A stretch of DNA of 64,000 nucleotides. It comes from Leptonemataceae bacterium (GTDB lineage: Bacteria; Spirochaetota; Leptospiria; Leptospirales; Leptonemataceae). The position numbers were made by a program, and so were the translations under genes. The notes under the pieces were generated by a model. The model was not told the origin of the DNA, made no database searches, and saw only the letters and a list, made by a program, of their open reading frames with translations. Shown in pieces: positions 19,018 through 27,464 of the stretch. Position 1 is the stretch's first letter, and every line of letters starts with the position of its first letter. The stretch spans positions 3,488,001 through 3,552,000 of the forward strand of contig OZ245742.1 in NCBI GenBank assembly GCA_965227295.1, given 5' to 3'.

Positions 19018-20454
19018 TCAGGCTGCGGTTACGCTGACGCCGTCCACCAGTACGTAGGGCACGAGGCCGCCGCCCATGAGTTCTTCCAGGCGATCACCTG
19101 CCGCCAGAATGCTCCGGGCCAGGTCGAAAGTATTACCGGAAACCATGATCTCGCGTACCGGTCGGTCGGGCCGGCCGCCTTCCACCCACAGCGAGTTCTT
19201 TGCCACCCCGGAGAAGTTACCGGAAACCTGATCCACGTTGCCGCTAAAACGCCGGAGTAACAAACCCTTACCGAAACGTTGGAAGAGATCCTCCTCTGAC
19301 AGGACCACGCACTCTCCGGACGGCCGAATCTCCACCACGAAATTCGAAAAACCGATGCCCGGCTGAGAGCGAGCGCCGCCGGTCGCGTTGCCCGTCGGGG
19401 CGAGACCGCCGCGGCGCGCAGTGAAACAGTTGTGTCCGAGAAATTGCAGTCGCCCGGAGTCGATGAGGGCGTGGCGCTGCGTCGGCACGCCTTCACGATC
19501 GAACGGCCGCCAGCCCTGAATGCGATTCGCATTCGACGGATCTTCCCATACGCTGAGCGCCGGGGATACCACCTCGTCGCCGATGCGATCTTTCCAGGAA
19601 CTCATGCCGTCCTGATGCATGCGGCCGTTGCAGTTCGTCGCGGCGAGGCCGCCGAGAAAGGACATGGCCGTCCGCGGATGCAGGAGCACGGGGCCCTTGT
19701 AAGATTGGCCGCGAATGGGATCGAGGCAGGCCAGCACCGATTCGCGAAAACGTCCGATGGATGCGTCCAGTTCCGCTTCGACGTCGCTTCGCCGCGCCAC
19801 CGTGGCCCCGTCGTAATCGAACGAGGTGACCTCTTCGCCGTCGCGCGCCATGCCCATGATGTACCAGCTCGCGGAGTTGCGCACCGATGAACGACGCACG
19901 CCGAACGAGTTCACCACGGCCGAACACGAAAGATTCACCGAGAACTCCGCGCGATCGATGGCCACGCGTGGATCGCGCCGCGCCTCATCCACGATGCGTT
20001 GCGTATACGCGATGGCCGCCGCGGCGTCGATCTCAAACAAGGCCGGGTCGATGCGTTGGAAGTCGTTGCCTGTGTTCGCGCCCGCATCGCCGAAGGCGGA
20101 CGGATCGTAGATGCACTGAAACTCGCTTTCCGGGGAGAGAGCCGCGAGACTGCGCACTTCTGCGGCGGCGCTACGGAGAGCGTCGTCGCCGCTGGTGTTG
20201 ATCGTTAAGAAGCCGGTACGTCCGCCGTCGAGGACCGTGCGTACGCCGAAGAGATCCACCGCGTTCGAGGTGCTGACGGCAAAGTCCCGGTTTTCGTAGA
20301 CGATGCGCAGTTCCGTCGAATGCGAGGCGTAAACTTCATTTTGCGAGCGGTTAGCGTCACCGCCGTCGAGTTCGTGCAGGAGAAAATCCGCGCGGTCCAG
20401 GATTTCGCCGCGCTTTGCCTGCGGGTCGGTCGTTTTCGTTTGTAGATGGCTCAA
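19018..20454 (-). CDS. pmbA: TldE/PmbA family protein
   Basis: PFDREGVP, TGNA, SGNFSG, IMVSGNTFDL; start placed at the TTG overlapping the tldD stop (TTGA). Confidence 0.85.
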   Translation of the reverse strand: MSHLQTKTTDPQAKRGEILDRADFLLHELDGGDANRSQNEVYASHSTELRIVYENRDFAVSTSNAVDLFGVRTVLDGGRTGFLTINTSGDDALRSAAAEVRSLAALSPESEFQCIYDPSAFGDAGANTGNDFQRIDPALFEIDAAAAIAYTQRIVDEARRDPRVAIDRAEFSVNLSCSAVVNSFGVRRSSVRNSASWYIMGMARDGEEVTSFDYDGATVARRSDVEAELDASIGRFRESVLACLDPIRGQSYKGPVLLHPRTAMSFLGGLAATNCNGRMHQDGMSSWKDRIGDEVVSPALSVWEDPSNANRIQGWRPFDREGVPTQRHALIDSGRLQFLGHNCFTARRGGLAPTGNATGGARSQPGIGFSNFVVEIRPSGECVVLSEEDLFQRFGKGLLLRRFSGNVDQVSGNFSGVAKNSLWVEGGRPDRPVREIMVSGNTFDLARSILAAGDRLEELMGGGLVPYVLVDGVSVTAA

Positions 20455-21851
20455 TTCTGTGATCCTCCGACCAGGAGTTCGCAGCGCAGGTACGGCCCGC
20501 CGGCGTCCACTTTGGCCGGCTGGCCCTTGCCGCAATGGCCGGAACCCAGGTCCCAGCGAAAGTCTTTGCTCACCGCGTCCACCGACTTCAGCACGTCGAA
20601 GGCGTTGCCGGATACGGTGATCTTCTGCACGCGCTCGCCCAGCCTGCCGTTCTGAATGCGCCGGATGCGCGACGCGCCGAACATAAACTCGCCGGTGGCG
20701 TCGGCCTGGCCGCCCTCGGGACCGTCGATGAAGAAGCCGTCGTCGATGCCGGCGATCATGTCTTCCAGGTTGTCGTTGCCGGGTTCGATGTAGGTGTTGC
20801 GCATGCGGATCAACGGTTCGTCGTCGAACTCCCAGGCCCGGGCGTTGCCGGTGGGCTCCACGCCGTGTTCGGCCGCGGACTCGCGGTTGTGTAAGTAAGA
20901 TACTAACTTACCTTTTTCGATGATTACGGTACGACCGGCGGTGACGCCTTCATCGTCCACGGGCAGAATTCCGCCGGCACCGTCGGCGTACTCGCTCCGG
21001 CCGCTGTCGCACATCGTCACCAGTTCCGAGGCGACCTCGTGGCCGAGTTTGCCGGCGGCGACGGAGCCGGAGTTTACGAAGTCCGCCTCCACCGTATGGC
21101 CGATGGCCTCGTGGGATAGAATGCCCACCATGGCCGGGGCGAGGATGACTTTCTTTTTGCCGCCCTCGGGGGCCGGCGCTTTCAGCAGATCCACCGCGCT
21201 TGCCGCCGCGCTGTCGATGAGTTCCGCGGCATCGTGGTTCCGGAAGAGGCAGTTCCATCCACCGGTACCGCCCACCGAATCCGAGCCGCGCGTGTTCTTG
21301 CCGCCGTCGTTCGCGAAGGCGGCGAAGCGCAGCTCCGGCCGCACCAGGCGGATCGAACAGCGCGCCCCGTCATTGGTGACGATGAATTTGTCTTCGAAGA
21401 TTTCCGTGTAGGCGCAGACGGCGGCGTCGATCAGCGCCGACGAGCCGCGCAGTTTCTCCTCGCTTTCCCGGACCAGGGCGAATTTCTCTTCGAGCGGCAT
21501 GGCATCGAGATCATCGTAGCCGGGGACCGCGAAATCTCCCCGGGCCAGGCGCTCCCGGCCGGCCAGGCGGATCTTTCCTTTGCGGACGCCGGCCAGGGCC
21601 AGGGCCATGGCCTCGGCGGTTTGCAGCGCAGCCTCCAGGCCGGCCGGACTGAGGTCCGACGTCGCCGCGAAGCCCCAGGAGCCGCCGGCCAGGACGCGAA
21701 TGCCCGCGCCCTCGTAGAAACGTGAGGACATGTCGCTGACTTCGCCCTTGCGCACACCCATGCTGCGGACGCGGCGTTTATGGTAACGCACCTCGGCGAA
21801 GTGGTCGGTCTTTGTGGTGAGATCGGTCAGGCGATCGAACAGGGCGGTCAT
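20451..21851 (-). CDS. tldD: TldD metalloprotease
   Basis: HEAIGHTVEAD (HExxxH), DDEG, TGNARA, RMRNTY, CGKGQ; start trimmed to ATG 21851. Confidence 0.92.
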   Translation of the reverse strand: MTALFDRLTDLTTKTDHFAEVRYHKRRVRSMGVRKGEVSDMSSRFYEGAGIRVLAGGSWGFAATSDLSPAGLEAALQTAEAMALALAGVRKGKIRLAGRERLARGDFAVPGYDDLDAMPLEEKFALVRESEEKLRGSSALIDAAVCAYTEIFEDKFIVTNDGARCSIRLVRPELRFAAFANDGGKNTRGSDSVGGTGGWNCLFRNHDAAELIDSAAASAVDLLKAPAPEGGKKKVILAPAMVGILSHEAIGHTVEADFVNSGSVAAGKLGHEVASELVTMCDSGRSEYADGAGGILPVDDEGVTAGRTVIIEKGKLVSYLHNRESAAEHGVEPTGNARAWEFDDEPLIRMRNTYIEPGNDNLEDMIAGIDDGFFIDGPEGGQADATGEFMFGASRIRRIQNGRLGERVQKITVSGNAFDVLKSVDAVSKDFRWDLGSGHCGKGQPAKVDAGGPYLRCELLVGGSQN

Positions 21852-21895
21852 ATGTGAATACAGGTACTCACAGATGACCGCCCTGTCATGCGCTT

Positions 21896-24115
21896 TTACT
21901 GGATGCTGCCGCTGCGCTGGAGCGCGTTCGCCCACATGACGGTCATGTAGTCGGCGGAGCGGTAGATCGGTTCCAGGTCGGAGCGTTTGAGGCCCTGTTG
22001 CCGCAGATCCTCGAAGAAGTCCGGCATGAGTCCGATGTGCGCGGCCCCGTCGTTATTGTAATCGAAGACGCGGGTACCGAACACGTAGCGGCTCATGCTG
22101 ATGCCGGACGGGCTCGTGGCCGGATGGCGCAGGGACGGGTCCGGGGTGAACGGGTAATTCACTTTCGTGTACGTCGGCTGCGCAATCGTCGATTGACCGC
22201 CCGGGCAGGCGTCGCTGCCGAAGCGCGGCCCGGGCATGTGCGCGAAGCCGTTGAAGTCAGTGCCCACCGCGATGCGTCCGTCGTGGGCGGCATCGCCGAT
22301 GAGATGCTTCAGATACATGTACGATTGCGCGAAGGTCTGGCTCGTCGCTCCGCAGGCGTGCGGAATGTAAGAACCGTCCGGGTTGCGCCATTCGCCGATT
22401 TCGTCCAGGTGGCCCTGGCCGGGAATGAGGCCGATCATCCCGCCGAGATCGGTGATGCGCTGGAGATCCGCGCCGCGGGGATTCGCCTCGTGGCGGTTCA
22501 GGCCGTTGGCCATATCATACACGCCGGTGTGCCCGGTGACGATGCCGGGGTAGTCCTGTTCCTCGGCGACTTCCAGGGCATCTTCCAGGGCGAGGGCCGA
22601 CATGTGACCGACGTCGATGATCATGCCTTTCTTCATGAGCTCTTTCATGACGAAGCGACCCTGAGCGGTCATGCCCTGGTCGTTGCAGTCCTGGCTGAAG
22701 TGTTTGCAATCGTACTTCTCACCACTGGCCAGGATGTTGTAAGTGGCCGCTCCGCCGAAGCCGTTCGTCTTCAGGTGAATCGGAAAGACGTAGCGCAGGC
22801 CGAGATCGTGGATCTCCTGGATGCCCTGGGTGATCTGTGCGTTGGTGCAGGTGTCCGGCGTGCAATCGAAGAGATAGTCGACCTCGGTGCCGAGAACCAC
22901 GGCGAGTTTCCCTGAGGCGATGACCGCCTGCGCTTCCGCCGGTGACTGCACCACGCGGAACCAGCCCTGACCCGGGCCGCCGTTCTGCGCGTCGATCCAA
23001 TCCTGCATGTCATAAACCGCGTCGGTCTGCCGGCGCAGGGTGGCCATATCGTTCAGATCCAGGACCGGATCCGTGGCGATGGCGATGCCTTTGATGATGT
23101 CGGGCAGGCCGTTGTCCGTGGCGCCGAACATGTAATCGCCGTTCACCGCGAGTACGACCATGGCGCGCATGCCGCCCTCGTAAGCCCGCTTGATCCATTG
23201 ATAGTACATCGTCTGGTGCGTATAACTCTTGTGCGCGGGCCAGTACGGAAAGCTGTCGTGGCCCTCGTTTTCGTGCCGGGCCGTACCCAGGACCGCGCCG
23301 ATGATGTCGTCCTGCAGGATGGCTTCCACCCGCGAGTGACCGGCGGAGTGACCTTCGCTCCCGGTGCTCGGGCAATCGCCGAGGGCCGTGTTCGGATCGC
23401 CGTACGGCGCGCCGTGAAAGATGACCCCACCGAAGCCGAGATGCGACATGAGATGCGTATGCATGTCGAAGTAACCCGGCAACGTCCCGGAACGTTTGAG
23501 GGAATCGTGGGCGCCGCGACTGTAAGAACGGGGATTGCTTTCGCAACTGCTGTCGGGCACGTACCACTCGCCCCACATTTCGGAGCCGGTGTTCACGCAT
23601 TCGTGCGGGCTCGTGTAGGTGACACCGGCAATGGTCATGGGCATCCGCGAGCAGGCCTCTTCCCAGCTGACGCCGACGATGTTCCACAGACGCGAAGAGT
23701 ACTTCCGTTTGCCCGCGTACGGACCGGAAGACTGACAGCCGTCGTCTTTGTGCGTGTAGTATTCGGTGCCGACCGAAGCGGCCCAGTTGGCTTCGCAGCC
23801 GTCGTCGCTGACATCGAACTCGCCCCACATGTTGAAGCCGGCGTTCACGCAACGCGTGGGCCGGTCGAAGTGCTCGCCGTTGATGGTCGCGGGCATGTTC
23901 GCGCAGGCCTGTTCCCAGCTCTGTCCCCAGGGTATGCCGTGGAGGACGGCGGAGTACTGGCGCTTGCCCGGGAAGATTTGCGTGCAATCATCCTTTTTGA
24001 AGCTGCCCCAGTGCGGTGCCGCGCTGAGCGGGCTCTGTGCCGCTGCCGACGCGAAGACGATCGCGCCGAGCAGCAGGCTGCTTTTCGCTGAATTTTTCAG
24101 AACGTGTGCAATCAT
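21896..24115 (-). CDS. Secreted membrane-dipeptidase (M19)-like amidohydrolase with two N-terminal 4-Cys repeats
   Basis: Signal peptide; DMHTH, GTEVD, FPIH..N.FGG, GMIIDVGHMS, TGHT, GTDFNG metal-binding motifs. Confidence 0.8.
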   Translation of the reverse strand: MIAHVLKNSAKSSLLLGAIVFASAAAQSPLSAAPHWGSFKKDDCTQIFPGKRQYSAVLHGIPWGQSWEQACANMPATINGEHFDRPTRCVNAGFNMWGEFDVSDDGCEANWAASVGTEYYTHKDDGCQSSGPYAGKRKYSSRLWNIVGVSWEEACSRMPMTIAGVTYTSPHECVNTGSEMWGEWYVPDSSCESNPRSYSRGAHDSLKRSGTLPGYFDMHTHLMSHLGFGGVIFHGAPYGDPNTALGDCPSTGSEGHSAGHSRVEAILQDDIIGAVLGTARHENEGHDSFPYWPAHKSYTHQTMYYQWIKRAYEGGMRAMVVLAVNGDYMFGATDNGLPDIIKGIAIATDPVLDLNDMATLRRQTDAVYDMQDWIDAQNGGPGQGWFRVVQSPAEAQAVIASGKLAVVLGTEVDYLFDCTPDTCTNAQITQGIQEIHDLGLRYVFPIHLKTNGFGGAATYNILASGEKYDCKHFSQDCNDQGMTAQGRFVMKELMKKGMIIDVGHMSALALEDALEVAEEQDYPGIVTGHTGVYDMANGLNRHEANPRGADLQRITDLGGMIGLIPGQGHLDEIGEWRNPDGSYIPHACGATSQTFAQSYMYLKHLIGDAAHDGRIAVGTDFNGFAHMPGPRFGSDACPGGQSTIAQPTYTKVNYPFTPDPSLRHPATSPSGISMSRYVFGTRVFDYNNDGAAHIGLMPDFFEDLRQQGLKRSDLEPIYRSADYMTVMWANALQRSGSIQ

Positions 24116-24126
24116 AAGCTTGTGCC

Positions 24127-24675
24127 TCAGTCAGTGTGTTGGTCTAGTTTTCTTTGGTACTCCGCTTCGACGTTGCTTCGTCGTTGCGCGTACTCGTCCA
24201 GGCCGGCCTGAACGAGCTTGAGTTTTTCCGGACTCATCTGATCGCTGTAGCGATCGCGAATCTCCTGTAGAATGCGTATTTGATCTCCGTGCAGGCGGAG
24301 CTGATCGGTATAGTATTCATCGATTTCCGCGCGTTCGGCGCGGCCGGAGTAGATCTTTCCGTACAGAGTGGCCCAGTGTTCGTGGAGTTTTTCCTGGGCC
24401 TCGCGTTCGCCGGCATCGCGCGGACGCGCAACGGCGCGCCAGTAGAGATTGTCCGGAAAGTTGCGCCGCAACTCCGCCGTGGCCACGGGCAGGCCCGTAT
24501 CTTCGTAGGCCTCGTCCGCGGATGCATCGAACAGAGCGCCGATTCCGGATGAAGAACGCGCTTGCCGGAACCACGTCTTTGATCCCGCGGGCGAGTAGAC
24601 TGCAACAACGCCGACGACGGCGAGGGCCATGGCCGGGAGTATGTATCGCGGGCGAAAGAGGGAACGAAGAATCAT
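24127..24675 (-). CDS. Hypothetical protein with N-terminal membrane anchor and helical C-terminal domain
   Basis: Hydrophobic segment at residues 11-27, PDNLYW motif, helical C-terminus; 11 bp upstream of the amidohydrolase gene. Confidence 0.75.
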   Translation of the reverse strand: MILRSLFRPRYILPAMALAVVGVVAVYSPAGSKTWFRQARSSSGIGALFDASADEAYEDTGLPVATAELRRNFPDNLYWRAVARPRDAGEREAQEKLHEHWATLYGKIYSGRAERAEIDEYYTDQLRLHGDQIRILQEIRDRYSDQMSPEKLKLVQAGLDEYAQRRSNVEAEYQRKLDQHTD

Positions 24676-24829
24676 AAAGAAACCAATATATTATTACGAA
24701 CGATTTCGCAAGGTCTCCGACGTGAACGGTTCGCTGTGCGGGGCGATCGGTACGCGATGATGAAGGATCACGCATGCTGTCGATTTTTTCTACTTGAGAT
24801 GCGGCCGGAGTTCCGCAACGCTGCAATCC

Positions 24830-26803
24830 ATGCAACCACTGTGGACACCCTCTCCGGAACGCGTGCATGCCTCGCGCATGTTTGAGTTCATGAACTACGT
24901 GAACCGCCGCGAAGGAACGCACTTCGAATCTTACAACGATCTCTACGAATGGAGCGTTTCCGACGCCGGCCTGCCGGAGTTCTGGGCGAACCTCTGGGAT
25001 TACGCCGGCATCGTGTCCTCGCAAAGTTACGAACGTGCCGTGGACGATCCGCGGCGCCTGCCCGGGGCGCGCTGGTTTCCCGGGGCGCGTCTGAATTTCG
25101 CCGAGAATCTTTTGCGCTATCGCGACGCGCAGCCGGCGCTGATCTTTCGCGGCGAAGACCGTGTGCGCGCGGAGTACAGCCACGCCGAACTCTACAATGC
25201 CGTGGAACGATTTGCGCGGGCTTTGCGCGCACGCAACATCCAGGCCGGCGATCGTGTGGCCGGATTCATGCCGAACATGCCCGAGACGATCATCGCCATG
25301 CTCGCGGCGACGTCCGCCGGGGCCGTGTGGTCGTCGTCGTCGCCGGACTTCGGCGTGCAGGGGGTACTGGATCGCTTCGGACAGATCGAGCCGCGCGTGT
25401 TGATCGCGGCGGACGGTTACTTTTACAAAGGTAAGGTCATCGACACTTTACCGAAGCTGCGCGAAATCGCCGCGAAGATTCCCTCGATCGAAACCATCGT
25501 AGTCGTGCCCTACGTCGGCGCCGCCACCGGTACCGCCCCGGATCTCGCGGATATTCCGAAGGCCGTGCTGTACGAAGATTTTCTGGCGCCGGCCGACGGC
25601 GAACGCGACATCGACTTCGAACAACTGCCGTTCGATCATCCGGTGTACATCATGTACTCGTCCGGCACGACCGGGTTGCCCAAGTGCATGGTGCAGGGAC
25701 CGGGCGTACTCTTGAATCATCTGAAAGAACATCTGCTGCACGTTGATCTGCAACGCGGCGAACGCATTTTTTATTTTACGACATGCGGCTGGATGATGTG
25801 GAACTGGCTGACTTCGGCCCTCGGTGTCGGCGCGACGCTCGTGCTCTACGACGGCAATCCGTTCCATCCGGGGCCGGAGTCGCTCTGGAAAATGAGCGCG
25901 GAGCTGGACATCAACGTCTTCGGTACCAGCGCGCGTTACATCACGGCGCTCGAAGAAGCCGGCGTGCAGCCGGGACAGGCCGCCGATCTTTCTAAGTTAC
26001 GCGCGGTGTTATCTACGGGTTCGCCGCTGCCGCCCGAGGGCTTCGAGTACGTGTATCGCGAGGTGAAGGCCGACGTTCTCCTCGCTTCGATTTCCGGCGG
26101 CACCGATCTGAACGGTTGTTTTGCCCTGGGGAATCCCGTGTTGCCCGTGTATACCGGAGAGATCCAGTGTCGCGGCCTGGGCATGAACGTAAAGATCTAC
26201 GACGACGACGGCCGGGCCGTAATCGGTGTTGCGGGAGAGTTAGTCTGCGAGTCCGCCTTTCCTTCGATGCCGCTGCGATTCTGGAACGATGACGACGGTT
26301 CGAAGTACCACAACGCCTACTTCGCGGAGTACGACAACGTGTGGCGCCACGGCGACTTCGCCATGCTCACGGAGCGCGGCGGCCTGGTTGTTCTGGGTCG
26401 ATCCGACGCCACGCTGAATCCCGGCGGCGTGCGCATCGGCACGGCGGACATTTATCGTATTGTGGAGAAGTTTGCGGAGATTGAAGACAGCGTCGTCATC
26501 GGCCAGGCGCTGCCGGAAGATGCGAGCGACGTACGCATCGTGTTGTTTGTGAAGATGGCCGCCGGCGCGCAGTTGGACGACGATCTCAAGGAACGCCTGC
26601 GCAGAACGATTCGGAGCGAAGCCTCGCCGCGGCACGTGCCGGCGATCATCATCGCCGTGCCGGATATTCCCTATACCCGCAACATGAAGAAGGTCGAGCT
26701 GGCCGTAAAACGCGTCGTCGAAAACCGGCCGGTAACGAATCGCGAGGCCCTGGCGAATCCGGAATGCCTGGATGCGTATCGAGACCTGCCCGAGTTACAG
26801 TGA
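24830..26803 (+). CDS. Acetoacetate--CoA ligase
   Basis: LWTPS, WFPGARLNFAENLL, YSSGTTGLPK, SISGGTD, GRSDATLNPGGVRIGT; start trimmed to ATG 24830. Confidence 0.93.
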   Translation: MQPLWTPSPERVHASRMFEFMNYVNRREGTHFESYNDLYEWSVSDAGLPEFWANLWDYAGIVSSQSYERAVDDPRRLPGARWFPGARLNFAENLLRYRDAQPALIFRGEDRVRAEYSHAELYNAVERFARALRARNIQAGDRVAGFMPNMPETIIAMLAATSAGAVWSSSSPDFGVQGVLDRFGQIEPRVLIAADGYFYKGKVIDTLPKLREIAAKIPSIETIVVVPYVGAATGTAPDLADIPKAVLYEDFLAPADGERDIDFEQLPFDHPVYIMYSSGTTGLPKCMVQGPGVLLNHLKEHLLHVDLQRGERIFYFTTCGWMMWNWLTSALGVGATLVLYDGNPFHPGPESLWKMSAELDINVFGTSARYITALEEAGVQPGQAADLSKLRAVLSTGSPLPPEGFEYVYREVKADVLLASISGGTDLNGCFALGNPVLPVYTGEIQCRGLGMNVKIYDDDGRAVIGVAGELVCESAFPSMPLRFWNDDDGSKYHNAYFAEYDNVWRHGDFAMLTERGGLVVLGRSDATLNPGGVRIGTADIYRIVEKFAEIEDSVVIGQALPEDASDVRIVLFVKMAAGAQLDDDLKERLRRTIRSEASPRHVPAIIIAVPDIPYTRNMKKVELAVKRVVENRPVTNREALANPECLDAYRDLPELQ

Positions 26804-26809
26804 TTCACT

Positions 26810-27059
26810 CACCGGAACGGCGTCTTCGTCGCAAGAAACGTTGCGGGAGTTGAGTCGCAAGCCGACGTCCGGTGTCGGCAAGGCCCCACTTGTTGGGGCC
26901 GCGGCAGTTGGTTCCCCACTGGCAGTATTCTTAACAAAACGAAAATCCACAACTCCCGCTTCGCTGTAGCAAAAAAAGTCCCTTCAACATTGCGCAACTT
27001 ACCTTGTTTGTCTCCCGGTAAACGCCGCGAAACACGGCTCTTGAACTACCTGAAACGTT
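26810..27059. repeat. Imperfect direct repeat copy 1 (~250 bp, structured)
   Basis: caccggaacggcgtcttcgtcgcaagaaacgttgcgggag... recurs at 27220. Confidence 0.9.
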
Positions 27060-27219
27060 TTATTCGTTCGCTTACGCCCCGAATCGTGGCGTAAGTTAAG
27101 GCCAGTGTGGATTAACACTTTTATGGGTACAGCTGGTTCCAGGGGCAAGGCCACGCTTGTCGTGGCCGCGGCAGTTGTTCCCCACCCACGGAGGTTATGC
27201 CGGGGAATGTGGTAAGGCG

Positions 27220-27427
27220 CACCGGAACGGCGTCTTCGTCGCAAGAAACGTTGCGGGAGCTGAGTCGCAACCCCGCGTCCGGGTCGAACGCAGTATTCTT
27301 AACAAAACGAAAATCCACAACTCCCGCTCAGCCGTAGCCATAAAAACCCCTTCACCATTGCGCAACTTACCTTGTGTGTCTCACGGCAAACGCTGCGAAA
27401 CACGGCTCTTGAACAACCGGAAGCGTT
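27220..27427. repeat. Imperfect direct repeat copy 2 (~210 bp, lacks the ~42-bp palindromic insert)
   Basis: Near-identical blocks to 26810-27059; a 14-bp third fragment ggcgtcttcgtcg lies near 27444. Confidence 0.9.
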
Positions 27428-27464
27428 CGGTTTTCCTTTGAGATGGCGTCTTCGTCGTTCATTC

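Noticed and set aside
26809..27365. Minus-strand small ORF preserved in frame in both repeat copies (..RELWIFVLLRIL..CDS.PATFLATKTPFR), possible type I toxin
   Set aside because: Most differences between copies are non-synonymous, starts are weak and the hydrophobic stretch is short; not called as a CDS, though not fully excluded
27010..27410. GGYAAAC-GCYGC-GAAA motif in both repeat copies resembling a c-di-GMP-I (GEMM) riboswitch
   Set aside because: The GAAA is not closed by the expected stem, the downstream GACGCAAAGC and P2 are absent, and no gene start follows
26804..27464. Possible CRISPR array
   Set aside because: Only two long imperfect repeats, no regular repeat-spacer periodicity and no cas genes
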